Below are positions 21,801 to 31,730 of a DNA stretch of 64,000 nucleotides, piece by piece. Made by a program: the position numbers and the translations under genes. The stretch is from a virus, in IMG/VR virus record IMGVR_UViG_3300010224_000001, positions 64,001 to 128,000 of that record, one strand, 5' to 3'. The notes below the pieces were generated by a model that worked only from the letters and a program-made list of their open reading frames with translations, did not search any database and had not been told where the DNA came from. The stretch's first letter is position 1. Each line of letters opens with the position of its first letter.

Positions 21801-23207
21801 GTAGGTTGCTGCAACCTTTTGGTAATGACGATATTGAGCTGCCGACATCAAGCCTTCATCCGCATGGCGATTACACACAGCCATGACAGCTTCGTCTAAT
21901 GCTAACCGTTTAAACACCGGAGTCGGAGCAGAAACATCTACTTCAGGTTGAGCGGTCACCGCAACATCAGGAACATCACTCAGTTTTGCTGCAGTGATCT
22001 TTTCCATGGCTTGCAGGTCAGCATCGATCTCTGCTTCAACCGTCTCGTCTTCCTTAACTGATTCAGGCGTGTCTTCCGGTTCATCTGGAGGATCCATCAC
22101 AGTCGCACGTTGCAGAACCGTATTAAGTTCAGTACGTCCAGTTAACGGATCTTTCTTAGCGGGACCTGAAGGAACACGATGAACCTCGAGTTTACTCTGC
22201 TCAGACAGTTCTTTAATCGCATCCGTGATGTCTTCTTTATCGAGTACTTGGTCAGCGATTGCAGTTACTTCAGGATCGACCAACGTACGCAGTTGCATGA
22301 TCGACATGAAGAAACGTAACACACGTGCTTGATAACGAATTGGATTGATCAGATTAGGTTTAATCTTCTCATTCGGTAACAGTTCAGTATCTAACGGTTT
22401 GCGCCATGAATCGAGCAGTCCCAAGTTAACGACCAGCCAATGGCCAGATTCTTGGAACACGATATTGACTCGACCCAGACGTTCGCGTGGAATCGCCGAC
22501 AACATCGACGTTTCACGATTCGGACCAAACCACTTCCACAGTTCTAACAAGAACAGATGTTCCGGTGAATTGAATAAGTTCAGAATACGACGCGACGGAT
22601 TCGTCATCTTTGCCGCTTGCTGGAAACTCGACAGAGCAGGCAAGAGCTTTGGCATACTACGGATGATGAACTGAGGACGATCGGTCAAATGTGCTGCGGT
22701 ATTGACATTCTTCCAAAGTTCACGTTCGATGTTCGTCCATTCGTAATACGCATTAAACGGATTTCTGGGATAACGCCACATGTGAGTTAACATGTCGTAG
22801 TTATACACCAGCATCGAGTTTGTATCGTTAATGACACTTTCCAACTGGCGCACTTGACGGAACCGACGGTGCTGTTGTTGGAACTGACGCACTAACACGC
22901 CTGAGTTAACATTCACGCGAGTCGGTGTACCCATTGGGTCTTGCAACTCCAGCACGTTGGCTAACCAGACTGCGCGGCTAATGTTCTTAGCTTTCGTATC
23001 GCCATTGGTTTGCACTTCAGTGATGATGCCACGAAACGCAATATCACTTTCCACAGGACCTAATTTAGTCGGGTCACCGTGAGCATAGTGCAAGATTGCA
23101 CCACGCGGTAATTGAAATGATTGGATGTGAGCAAAGCGCGGTCTTAACAACTGCTGCGTCTGGCGTACACCAAAGCGGCGATAGAAGATATCGTAATTAA
23201 TAATCAT
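18801..23207 (-). CDS. rpoB: Virion RNA polymerase beta subunit, N-terminal part (phiKZ gp178-like)
   Basis: 1468 aa with DDPKRVNF...QQ, EDSSAIS, GDK...NQMK and DAIF motifs matching beta-subunit conserved regions. Confidence 0.9.
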   Translation of the reverse strand: MIINYDIFYRRFGVRQTQQLLRPRFAHIQSFQLPRGAILHYAHGDPTKLGPVESDIAFRGIITEVQTNGDTKAKNISRAVWLANVLELQDPMGTPTRVNVNSGVLVRQFQQQHRRFRQVRQLESVINDTNSMLVYNYDMLTHMWRYPRNPFNAYYEWTNIERELWKNVNTAAHLTDRPQFIIRSMPKLLPALSSFQQAAKMTNPSRRILNLFNSPEHLFLLELWKWFGPNRETSMLSAIPRERLGRVNIVFQESGHWLVVNLGLLDSWRKPLDTELLPNEKIKPNLINPIRYQARVLRFFMSIMQLRTLVDPEVTAIADQVLDKEDITDAIKELSEQSKLEVHRVPSGPAKKDPLTGRTELNTVLQRATVMDPPDEPEDTPESVKEDETVEAEIDADLQAMEKITAAKLSDVPDVAVTAQPEVDVSAPTPVFKRLALDEAVMAVCNRHADEGLMSAAQYRHYQKVAATYKTMKAPDGVSTMEQFITIAPEILKIKESKSLPDIKTVPDKTMLKSSLLEFDERYIEEVMQRDIASSVMSIQNAGIAVTSYETEKVESILGPYNMYTVRVTPVEGASSTLRFKLPVVEADGTYMANGVKYRLRKQRGDVPIRKTAPNTVAMTSYYGKTFIRRSEKKVNDYGAWLTNAIMAKNLNELDRVVSIGHPNNVMDHLFKSPRLYSILASSFRSFLFHPMGMPQDLEHLMFDMSFDHTKREELFGKEALTMYEVDGSIVAGVGGIDKDYYILINKHDQLEIAHQGLRRPLPPIETLLGLDRSRAPVDFAVIKIAGDNIPLGVVLAYEIGLDNLINLLKAQVRRVPAGRRLNLEPHEESIVFNDETIVINRNDKLSCMFLAGFNEYHRSIKRYNVHLFNQREVYLNVLESVGLGARWLREIDLFYQMFIDPITHDLLVEMHEPTDMRLLLLRAGEMLLHDDHPAEFDAAWMRIKGYERMAGAVYSEIVSCIRKHNGTPGKHRAQLDMHPYNIWTSIQTDPSQALVADINPIQNLREKEAVTYNGTGGRNSRTMTKHTREYHVNDMGTISGDTVDSGDVAINTYTSADPQFTSLRGLSRRFDFDQMGATPLLSTSALISVGADHDDPKRVNFIGIQQAHGVSCTGYHQMPVRTGYEQVIAQRTSDMYAAAAKEDGKVISVTATGVMVQYASGKKQGFEIGRRFGNAAGLVIPHSVVANVKLGQEFKRGHILTYNDNFFEKDILNPNNVIWKAGTLAKVVLMEVSETLEDSSAISQRLADKLTSAITKTVDIVVNFTQSVRRLVKAGDNVNSEDILCIIEDSVTNNAGLFDDESLETLRIVENQSPQAKVKGVVERVEVYYHGDKEDMSDSLRSIANAGDKQLADRLKSIGKTPLTGSVDEGFRIDGDPLPLDTLAIRVYITSHLSAGEGDKGVFANQMKTVFGKKFVGDYRTESGEAIDAIFGQKSIDDRVVHSPIMIGTTNVLLRVIGKKAYEAYKS

Positions 23208-23210
23208 AGC

Positions 23211-24830
23211 TTAATCGCTAGTTAAGTTATACATGGTCAGCGCTACTGTCGAGACATCCGTACTGGAGATAAAGCGACCATCAACACCCACGTAAGCTCG
23301 GCGAGTCTGTAAGAAGTTAACGTTCTCTTCAATTGACTCATCTGAATACAAGAAGTTACAAGTGGTAGTGTCGCCGTCAAAGTCAGCGCCAAGCTTAGCT
23401 AACTTAGAAGGATGTGGTGCCATCGATTTGACATACGGTCCAGGAATCGGGAACTCGTAGGCAATGTGGTCATCACCTAATGGTTGCCAATCATCACCCA
23501 GTTCATGACGAGCCTCTGAATCTGTGGTGGTCTTTACGTAAGTAAAGCTTGGATAGATCGAACCCACACCAGTAATCGGATAACGTGTGACATACACCGG
23601 ATATTTGTTCCAGACCGTGTAACCAGATAGATACATGAGTTCGCAGAACGTTAACGGATAGACGTGTTCTTTACTGCGTCCTTCTGGTAGTTCATTGATA
23701 TCTTGGAAGATCTTAAAAGTGCCATCGGGGCCTTTATAGATTAATCCCATGTAATGGTCACCAATCTCTAATGGCTTATCTCGCAGGGTCTCATCGCGGA
23801 AACTATTGATGACTTTTTCTAAGCCTTCATTGGTTTGCCAGCGATCGTAGTACTTGGGTTTTAAGAACACATGCTCAAGACGTAAGGTGCGTTTATGCAC
23901 GAGCATGGCAGGCATGCCTTGACCTGGGAATACTTTCGATAAGAAACCCGTTCTGAGGCGGTACTGCGCAACAGGTAACAAACCTTTCATGGTTTGGAAT
24001 AAACCTACTGCAGTGTTATTAAAACCAATGCCACCTTTCTGACCCAGATAAGGCACACCCGTGTTCATCGAGGTAATCACGTTCGCCGTACCATTCATGA
24101 TACGGCGTGCTGCCCACTTATCGAGAATCAGTTTGTTCTTACCGTAGATCATGTTTTCAAACATCTCGTAGATGTTGTTAAACGTAGTCTGCAGTTTAAA
24201 TCGAGCACGATCGATAATCTCAGGATTAGAACGAATCGCCGCTTCTGAAATTGTATTCGATACCGACAGCAGTTGACGATAGAGAAGGTTAATCTCATCT
24301 TCCACTACGCGCCCATCTGGACCTCGTTCAATATCACGTAAGCCTGCTGGCAATACCAACACCTTGGTCGTAATCGCAACGTGTTTATATTTCTCAATGG
24401 CTTGAATCGATTCTGTTCTTAAGTCGCTGTTGGTATAAGTGAATTGAATCTTATCCCAGTGTTGTAAGAAGAAGTGAAAGCCTGTTTGACCATCCAACAC
24501 ATCGGACCGTACAAAGTCTTTCTTAACATCGTCCCAGATTGCGTATTCGTTACCGGACATGATGCCGCCATACAGCCGTTTTAATTTCAACAGAAGGCCG
24601 TAGATGACTGGGTGGAAGATCGGAACCTTAATGTCGATATACGAATAACGACGACTCCGAACTGGATCTCCAGGACGTCCAAAGATGAGTGCGGAGTACA
24701 AACCGTCTGGGTGATAATTGGAAGTAATACCGTCAAACGAGTCAAGCGAAGTAACAGGACGTAACCCCATTAGCTTTTGCGGAGTCAGGTACAATATAGA
24801 CACGTTAAAGGGAACTAAAGACCTTTGCAT
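23211..24830 (-). CDS. rpoC: Virion RNA polymerase beta-prime subunit, N-terminal/catalytic part (phiKZ gp180-like)
   Basis: Catalytic ADFDGD; DGLYS..IFG, VLPAGLR and RYP motifs. Confidence 0.93.
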   Translation of the reverse strand: MQRSLVPFNVSILYLTPQKLMGLRPVTSLDSFDGITSNYHPDGLYSALIFGRPGDPVRSRRYSYIDIKVPIFHPVIYGLLLKLKRLYGGIMSGNEYAIWDDVKKDFVRSDVLDGQTGFHFFLQHWDKIQFTYTNSDLRTESIQAIEKYKHVAITTKVLVLPAGLRDIERGPDGRVVEDEINLLYRQLLSVSNTISEAAIRSNPEIIDRARFKLQTTFNNIYEMFENMIYGKNKLILDKWAARRIMNGTANVITSMNTGVPYLGQKGGIGFNNTAVGLFQTMKGLLPVAQYRLRTGFLSKVFPGQGMPAMLVHKRTLRLEHVFLKPKYYDRWQTNEGLEKVINSFRDETLRDKPLEIGDHYMGLIYKGPDGTFKIFQDINELPEGRSKEHVYPLTFCELMYLSGYTVWNKYPVYVTRYPITGVGSIYPSFTYVKTTTDSEARHELGDDWQPLGDDHIAYEFPIPGPYVKSMAPHPSKLAKLGADFDGDTTTCNFLYSDESIEENVNFLQTRRAYVGVDGRFISSTDVSTVALTMYNLTSD

Positions 24831-24906
24831 GAGAGAAGTCCTTGCGAGTGTTTAAAACTATGAAGAGCCTTCGTAAAAGGCCAATAATCTATTAGGAGTA
24901 TTTGCG

Positions 24907-27900
24907 ATGGCAAATAATCAAGCTTCGGGTCGCCATCTTCAGTTGGACGACTACGATTTTAATTCTGATTTTGACTTTGACTTCGATTTCGACTTAACGC
25001 CTAAGCCTCCAAAAGATAGCCGTGAAGCGATTTGGCGTGTGACATCGACGGCAGGTAAAACGCTGTCTAATAGCTTAAAGAGCCCCACGTTCTTTCAAAG
25101 TATTGTGAAAAAATCCTTGCCGCGGGAATATGGGCAGGCATGGGATTTAGCCGAGAAATCGGTTGGCACGCTTCGCGATCTATACAATGACAGCGTCAAA
25201 GAGCTGCGTCCGGCGTTGCGCGATTTGGCTCGTACCACTGAAAAGCTGATGCCGACGGCAGAAAAGTATCTGCCTAAGAAAGTCGCTGATGAGTTAAAAG
25301 ACTTCACGACTAAGTACGGTGCTCGTTCAGGTCCAGACACAATGGGTCTGGCTTCCAAATCTGAAGAAGACATGGCGGTCGCGGATATCCTGGGTAAGCT
25401 GTATCGCTTTACTGCTGAATCAGAAGGTAAACGCACAGCGCAAGGTGATATCAAAGAACACATCCGGGAAAACATCCAGCAAGAACGTCACTTAGACCAG
25501 ATTGCACAACTGGATAATATCCGGAGTAATATCAACCAGATGGCTGGTTACCAGCGTAAGGTTGAATACAACTTCCACCGTAAGTCATTAGAGTTACAAG
25601 CACGCAGTTACTTCGTTCAGGTTGAAACTTTACGGGAAGCGAAACGCCAAAACGTTCGTACTACTGAACACTTATCTGCGATCTTGCATAACACCGCATT
25701 GCCGGATTATGTCAAGATGAAAACGTCTGAGCAATTCATGCAACAGACGAAGAGCAAGTTCATGAACGGCATCACCAACAACATCACGGGGTTACTTGGT
25801 GATAGTTTGTTTGGACGTCGCGCTAACTATATCGGTAACTTACGTGAAGGTTTCAAACAACAAGCTGGTGTAGCGATTCAAGGTGCTAGTCGTGGTCTGC
25901 GTCAAGGTCTGTTTGGTCTTGACACAATGATCGACGATTTGACACGTGAAGATTCAACAATCGATAAATACACAGCTGGTGGTCACTTCCTCGGCTCGAG
26001 CATCTCTAAGTTCTTAAACAACCAAATCTCTAAACGGATTGGTCGTCGGATTGAGAATGATCCGAATGGTTGGGGTCGACGAGTACGGCGCTTTGGTAAT
26101 CGTTTACAATACGGTGTTGAGAATGCACCGCAGCATTTGTCTGAATTTGCAAACACTACCAACAGCGCTGAAGACTACATGCAAAACGCGTTGGATTCAA
26201 TCAACAACCGTTTTAACGATCCAATCAGTTACAGCTGGCAACGTCGCATCACTAACTTAGCTGGTAAAGTTGGTAATCCGTTACTGGATTTTGGTCGTGA
26301 TGCACTGCGTCGCACGCAGAACTATGATACACAAATTAAGGAAGGTAACGTCACCACTTTAGGTGAACCGGCTGTCTTTACCAACCATGCTCGTAAATCG
26401 ATCACGGAAATCATCCCAGGATATCTCGCAAGAATTCACCAAGAGTTAAGGATTCTGCGCACTGGCGATACTAACGTTGACTTAGTACAGTACGACTTCG
26501 ATAAGAACGGTTTCGATACTTCGTCTAACGTTAAGAAAGGTATGTTCAGTCGCTTAGTTACTAAGTCTGATAAAGAAAATACCGACCGTGATTTAGATCG
26601 TGTTTTAAATCTGCTTGATCCGCAAAACACTTTAACTGCTAAACAGCGTAAGGTGTTATCGAATCGTTTACTGCAAGATAACTTAAGCGGCGCAGTAGGT
26701 CGTGCTGGTTCTCTGCAACGTTACTCTAGCGCTTCGCAGTTTAATGGGAGCGATGAAGAACGTAAACATGCTGCTGCATTTGCTGCCCTGTTTAAGTCTC
26801 TGAAAGATTCCGATGCGGATGGCCTTAAACAAGTCGACTTCGCGCAACGTTTCGGTCGACTTGGTCAATCCTCGCAAGACGTGCGTGCCTTAGTTCAGCA
26901 ATATGCGGACATGGGCGGTCGTCCGATGCTGGAAGAGATCGGTGTGTTAGAACCTGGTAGTAACAAGATTAATCGTCAGCGTTTAATCGAATACCAATCG
27001 GGTCGTAAGTTTAACGCTCGCGCTACTCGAGCTGGCGGAGCAGTGACTGCTCCTCGTCTCGGTAACACGCCACCACTTATCCCGCATGATGAACAATCTA
27101 CGATTCATCAAGGTATCGACTTAGAACCAGTGACCGACGGTCTCAGTAAGCTCGGCCGTGACTTAGTTGCTTTGGATCCTCGTCCTAAGTTAACTGATAT
27201 CCACGAGACCTTGAAACTCATGCAAGCGCGTTTAGAAGAAGGTATTCTGACCGTGCCGTATGAACAAATCATGTCTGAGCTACAGCGCATTCGTGGTAGT
27301 AGCACCACTGGTCGTCGAGGTATCTTAGGTCGCGCCGCTCGTTCCGTAACAAGCCTGGGTGGTTTACTGACGATGTCGTTAGGTGACCTTATCAAAGGTT
27401 CTGCAAGAATGGCTGGTAAAGGTATCAATGCTGCAGGCTGGCTTGGTAACCAACTGGTTGGTGGTACTTTACGAACCGCAGGTAAACTTGCTGGTGGTGT
27501 GGCTTCCATGGGCTTTGGCGCACTTACGACGGTTGCTGGTAATGCCTATCGTCGCAACCGTGGCTTTATCGATATCTACGTCGGTAATGAAAGAAAGCCA
27601 CGCATGTATGCCCGCATGATGCAAGAAGGGAATGTCTACTTCGATAAGGAAACGAATAAACCGATTCGGCGCATGAAGGACATCACTGGTACTGTGGTCT
27701 CACGGATTAACGGTGAAGAGAAAGTCGTGCTGGAAGAAGACGAGATCGAACAAGCTTGGCAGAAAGAAGGTGCTGTCAAGAAGATGATCAAGACTTTAGG
27801 TGCAGTTGCTAGAACCGCTAAGAAGGTGGGTGAACTTGGTTTCAGTATCGTTGGCGGCGGTATACCTCTCGTCTATCGTGCTGGTCTGTGGGGTCTGAAG

Positions 27901-30900
27901 AAAGCCTACGGTTTACTCGACATGCCACAAGACGTGTACGTTAAAGGCGGTGATGGTAACCCGGTCCTGTTAGCCCGTGTGATGCGCAATGGTGGTTATC
28001 GTTCTGCGACCACTGGTAAAGTCATCAGCCGTCCTTCGCAGATTGATGGTCCGGTTGTGGTAGGTGAAGGTGATCATGAAGAACTCGCTTTAACTCACGA
28101 CGATATCAAGAAAGGTTTACTTGATTCTCACGGTAAACCGCTGCGTACTGGTTTAGCTAAACTCTTTAATCTGGCGTTCGGTGGTGTATCTTCCGCCTTC
28201 CAGCTCGCTCGTTGGGCTGGTAAGAAAGTCGGCAATGCTACGATTGGCTTACTTAAAGGTGGTGTTCGTTTAGGTAAGAACATCCTTAAGACTGGCATTA
28301 ACGTTGCCGGGTTCGGTCTCGACCTCATGCGTGGTAAGCCCATCTTTGAAGGGATGTATGGTCAAGCTGTCATGGCTGGCTTACAAGTCCAGCAAGAAGG
28401 TAACGGCTACCTGAAAGAAATCCGTGATATCTTAAACGAGCGTATGAAGGATCCAAAGAAACATGATTGGTCCGACGCTGACGGTGATGGTATTCGCGAT
28501 GGTAGTTACGATGACGAACTGAAGAAAGAAAAGGCAAAGAAGAAACAGGAAGAGGAAGCCAAAGCCAAGACTGCTTCTGGTCAGGCTGGCGTCGGTGGCG
28601 GTGGGATGTTCTCTGGCATGAAAGCCATGTGGGATAAACTGCGCGGTAAGAAAGGCGGGGATGAAGACGAAGATGGTGTTAACGTTGACATTAACGGCGT
28701 GAATACTGGTAACGGTAACACTCGAGACGAACGTCGTCAACGTCGTCTTAACCGTCTCAAACCAAAAGGCTTCTGGGGTAAGACGAAGTACTTAGCTGGT
28801 AAAACTGGTCGTGGTCTGCTGCGTTTTGGTAAAGGTGCTCTGGGTATCGCTGGCACTGTTGGAGCAAGTGTTTTAGGCTTAGAAGGCTTAGGTCTAGGCG
28901 GTGCCTTAGCTGGAGCAGGCGGTATGTTAGCTTCTGGCGCAGCTACTGCAGGTACAGCCATTGCTGCCGGTGCAGGTGCAGTCGCTTCCGGTATCGGCGC
29001 TCTCTTCACCGCTCCAGTGTTACTTGGTATCGCAGCTGTTGCAGCTGTTGGTATTGGTGGTTACCTCGCGTATAAAGCTTTGACTAAACGTCGCTTAGGT
29101 TTGGTGTCGCGTGTCCGTTACGTGCAGTATGGTTTCTCACCAATGGACAAAGATCACGTGGATGCTGTGTTCGCTTTAGAAGATGAACTGAAAGGTGCAA
29201 TCGTCTATGGTGACAAAGGCGCTCAAATTGGTGATAAGAAGTTTGATATTGCCAAGATCTTGAAACTGTTCGATATCGATACCAAAGATAAAGCTGCCGT
29301 ATCGAGCTGGGCTAACTGGTTTAGTAATCGCTTCAAGCCTGTCTACTTAACTCACGTGACTGCATTACGTACCACGGTTGCTAACAAGTGGCTCTCGGAT
29401 GTGGATAGTCTTGAGCTGCCATTGAAGAAGAAATACTTCCAAGCTTCCAAGTTCCCTGAAGGTCCGTATAACGTTACTGATTCGCCGTTCAAAGACCTGA
29501 AAGCATTACCGTCAACCGCAGGTGATGTGCGCGCTATCGTTCAGATCGTTGAGACTGAATTGAATGCGCAAACCAAGATTGACGAAAGCCGAGCTGCTAC
29601 GGGTATGGCTGGTGTTGCAGGTGCAGCTGCTGTTGCTGCGAAGACTTCGGCAAATCAAACCAATACAACGGGTGCAACTGACAAAGGTGTTAACTCCGCC
29701 ATTGTTACTGCCGCTGCTGCAGGTACGATGAATACCACTGGCTTAGGTGATGCGCGTGGTCAAGTTACCATCTCTGGTTCGTCAGTTGTGTTAGAAAGTA
29801 TCAATAGCGGACGTATTGATGCAATTACTGCAGTGCGTCTTAAGACCTACGGTCTGACCAAGTTAGAAGCTGATAAGGTTCGTCTCTTATTGGCATTAGA
29901 GAAAACTGTTGGTAAGGACGTAGTCTTTACGAATAAGATCGCTACCTGGTCAGGTTCGTTAGAAGTTATCTTGAAGAATGCAGCACCTGGTTTTGGTGTT
30001 GAGATTTCTGATAGTGAAGCTAGCAAGAACTGGTTGATGTGGTTTAACCGTCGTTTCTTACCGACGTTCTTGAATTACGTTACTGCAGTGACAGCGCAAA
30101 CTGGTAAACAAGATTACGAGTCTGCTGTTTCGACCCTGAAACCACTGCAGATGACCGACGTTGCTACAGCTATTTATACGAGTACAACTAAGACCGACGG
30201 CACGACACGCAGTGTGTGGACAGTGACTGCTTCTCCGTGGCCTAACTACGAACTTGCAACTGATGTGAAGATCGTTGATCCGAACATGCAGGGCTTAAAG
30301 GAGATGTCGAAGAATGCCATCCTTCCTGAAAGTGGTAGTAAGCAACCGAGTAAGAACGTAACTTCTCCAGCGGCGAATGGTGCGGCAGGTGCACAGGTTA
30401 ATAAGTCTGAAACTGGTATCGGTGCATGGATTAGTGGCGCGGCTACTAAGATCAAGAACGTCTTTACTGGTGAGTCGACAGATTCGTCTAGTAACATGGA
30501 TGGTGGTAGAAAACTTGATCAACCTGGTAACGGTACAGGTGGCGATGTCAATGCGATTCCAGCTCCGAAAGGCAATAGAACGTGGGCGGCATTGAAAGAT
30601 ACCATTTTAGCTGCTGCCAAGATGGTAGGTGTGGATGGTAAGCTAATGGCTGCGATGGCAGCATTAGAGTCTGGTTTTGATTACACTGTCAAAGCTGGTA
30701 GCTCTACTGCAGCTGGTCTATTCCAATTCATTGACAGCACATGGAAATGGATGCTGAAACACTTCGGTGCTAAGTATGGAATTAGTCCAGGCACTCCCCA
30801 GACTGATCCTCGCGCTAATGCTTTAATGGGTGCTGAGTATATCAAGCTTAATACTGAAGATCTGCAGCGGAACTTAAATCGTCCTTTAACGGATACCGAT

Positions 30901-31674
30901 TTATACTTCGCACACTTCTTAGGTTCTGGTGGTGCGTCGAAGTTCCTCAAAGCTAGCCCGAACGCTATTGCTGCTGAAATGTTCCCTGATGCAGCACGTG
31001 CGAACAAGGCTATCTTCTACGCTAAAGATGGTTCGCCTCTCAGCGTTGGTCAAGTTTATCAATTGGTCAACAGCAGAGTAAGAAGCAAAGGTAAATCATT
31101 CGGTATCGATGATGGTAGTGAAGAACTTGTATCTCAGTCTAAACCGACCGCAACAAGTACTGCTCCTGGCACTTCAAGCGACGCTAAGACCTCTACCAAA
31201 ACTGATACAGCCGCTGTTGCCACTCCAGCCGTTGCCGCGGCGACGACTACCACGAAGACCGGCATCGGTGCTCCTGTGGCTCCGGCTAGTGCTGAGAAAA
31301 CAGCTACCACTGCAACTGCTCCAACCAAGCCGTCTACCGACATTCCATTGTCTGCAGACTTAGGTGGCTTTACTGCGCCGTCTCGGGCTATGCGTGACGT
31401 GGCTAATCAAGCTCAAATGCAGCAAGAGCTGAAAGTAACTGGCATGGATACTGTGAATAAGACACTGACAGACTCGTTAGGTGTGCAGAAAGAAATCTCG
31501 ACCACACTGGGTAAGATCTTAGCCGCGGTAAGTAATGCTAACCAAGGTAACAATCCTGCTCAAGGGAATGGACCTCAGCAAGCATCGAATATCGTTCAAC
31601 CCAATGAACCGCGTACTCGTGCTCAAATGAAGCCTTCTCCTGTGTCAATGTCACGGACTATGCTCAATAACTAA
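24907..31674 (+). CDS. Tape measure / tail-associated lytic transglycosylase (phiKZ gp181-like)
   Basis: 2255 aa. SLT domain near the C-terminus (AALESGF...AGLFQFIDSTW...YFAHFLG) and a Gly/Ala hydrophobic segment; divergent from the vRNAP genes. Confidence 0.88.
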   Translation: MANNQASGRHLQLDDYDFNSDFDFDFDFDLTPKPPKDSREAIWRVTSTAGKTLSNSLKSPTFFQSIVKKSLPREYGQAWDLAEKSVGTLRDLYNDSVKELRPALRDLARTTEKLMPTAEKYLPKKVADELKDFTTKYGARSGPDTMGLASKSEEDMAVADILGKLYRFTAESEGKRTAQGDIKEHIRENIQQERHLDQIAQLDNIRSNINQMAGYQRKVEYNFHRKSLELQARSYFVQVETLREAKRQNVRTTEHLSAILHNTALPDYVKMKTSEQFMQQTKSKFMNGITNNITGLLGDSLFGRRANYIGNLREGFKQQAGVAIQGASRGLRQGLFGLDTMIDDLTREDSTIDKYTAGGHFLGSSISKFLNNQISKRIGRRIENDPNGWGRRVRRFGNRLQYGVENAPQHLSEFANTTNSAEDYMQNALDSINNRFNDPISYSWQRRITNLAGKVGNPLLDFGRDALRRTQNYDTQIKEGNVTTLGEPAVFTNHARKSITEIIPGYLARIHQELRILRTGDTNVDLVQYDFDKNGFDTSSNVKKGMFSRLVTKSDKENTDRDLDRVLNLLDPQNTLTAKQRKVLSNRLLQDNLSGAVGRAGSLQRYSSASQFNGSDEERKHAAAFAALFKSLKDSDADGLKQVDFAQRFGRLGQSSQDVRALVQQYADMGGRPMLEEIGVLEPGSNKINRQRLIEYQSGRKFNARATRAGGAVTAPRLGNTPPLIPHDEQSTIHQGIDLEPVTDGLSKLGRDLVALDPRPKLTDIHETLKLMQARLEEGILTVPYEQIMSELQRIRGSSTTGRRGILGRAARSVTSLGGLLTMSLGDLIKGSARMAGKGINAAGWLGNQLVGGTLRTAGKLAGGVASMGFGALTTVAGNAYRRNRGFIDIYVGNERKPRMYARMMQEGNVYFDKETNKPIRRMKDITGTVVSRINGEEKVVLEEDEIEQAWQKEGAVKKMIKTLGAVARTAKKVGELGFSIVGGGIPLVYRAGLWGLKKAYGLLDMPQDVYVKGGDGNPVLLARVMRNGGYRSATTGKVISRPSQIDGPVVVGEGDHEELALTHDDIKKGLLDSHGKPLRTGLAKLFNLAFGGVSSAFQLARWAGKKVGNATIGLLKGGVRLGKNILKTGINVAGFGLDLMRGKPIFEGMYGQAVMAGLQVQQEGNGYLKEIRDILNERMKDPKKHDWSDADGDGIRDGSYDDELKKEKAKKKQEEEAKAKTASGQAGVGGGGMFSGMKAMWDKLRGKKGGDEDEDGVNVDINGVNTGNGNTRDERRQRRLNRLKPKGFWGKTKYLAGKTGRGLLRFGKGALGIAGTVGASVLGLEGLGLGGALAGAGGMLASGAATAGTAIAAGAGAVASGIGALFTAPVLLGIAAVAAVGIGGYLAYKALTKRRLGLVSRVRYVQYGFSPMDKDHVDAVFALEDELKGAIVYGDKGAQIGDKKFDIAKILKLFDIDTKDKAAVSSWANWFSNRFKPVYLTHVTALRTTVANKWLSDVDSLELPLKKKYFQASKFPEGPYNVTDSPFKDLKALPSTAGDVRAIVQIVETELNAQTKIDESRAATGMAGVAGAAAVAAKTSANQTNTTGATDKGVNSAIVTAAAAGTMNTTGLGDARGQVTISGSSVVLESINSGRIDAITAVRLKTYGLTKLEADKVRLLLALEKTVGKDVVFTNKIATWSGSLEVILKNAAPGFGVEISDSEASKNWLMWFNRRFLPTFLNYVTAVTAQTGKQDYESAVSTLKPLQMTDVATAIYTSTTKTDGTTRSVWTVTASPWPNYELATDVKIVDPNMQGLKEMSKNAILPESGSKQPSKNVTSPAANGAAGAQVNKSETGIGAWISGAATKIKNVFTGESTDSSSNMDGGRKLDQPGNGTGGDVNAIPAPKGNRTWAALKDTILAAAKMVGVDGKLMAAMAALESGFDYTVKAGSSTAAGLFQFIDSTWKWMLKHFGAKYGISPGTPQTDPRANALMGAEYIKLNTEDLQRNLNRPLTDTDLYFAHFLGSGGASKFLKASPNAIAAEMFPDAARANKAIFYAKDGSPLSVGQVYQLVNSRVRSKGKSFGIDDGSEELVSQSKPTATSTAPGTSSDAKTSTKTDTAAVATPAVAAATTTTKTGIGAPVAPASAEKTATTATAPTKPSTDIPLSADLGGFTAPSRAMRDVANQAQMQQELKVTGMDTVNKTLTDSLGVQKEISTTLGKILAAVSNANQGNNPAQGNGPQQASNIVQPNEPRTRAQMKPSPVSMSRTMLNN

Positions 31675-31675
31675 T

Positions 31676-31712
31676 AGAGAGGAGGGTGTGAAAGCACCCT
31701 CCTTTTTATACC
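31676..31712 (+). terminator. Hairpin after the gp181-like gene
   Basis: GAGGAGGGTG-TGAAAG-CACCCTCCTT, then TTTATACCG. Confidence 0.65.
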
Positions 31713-31730
31713 GGCTTTAAAGGGTTTACT

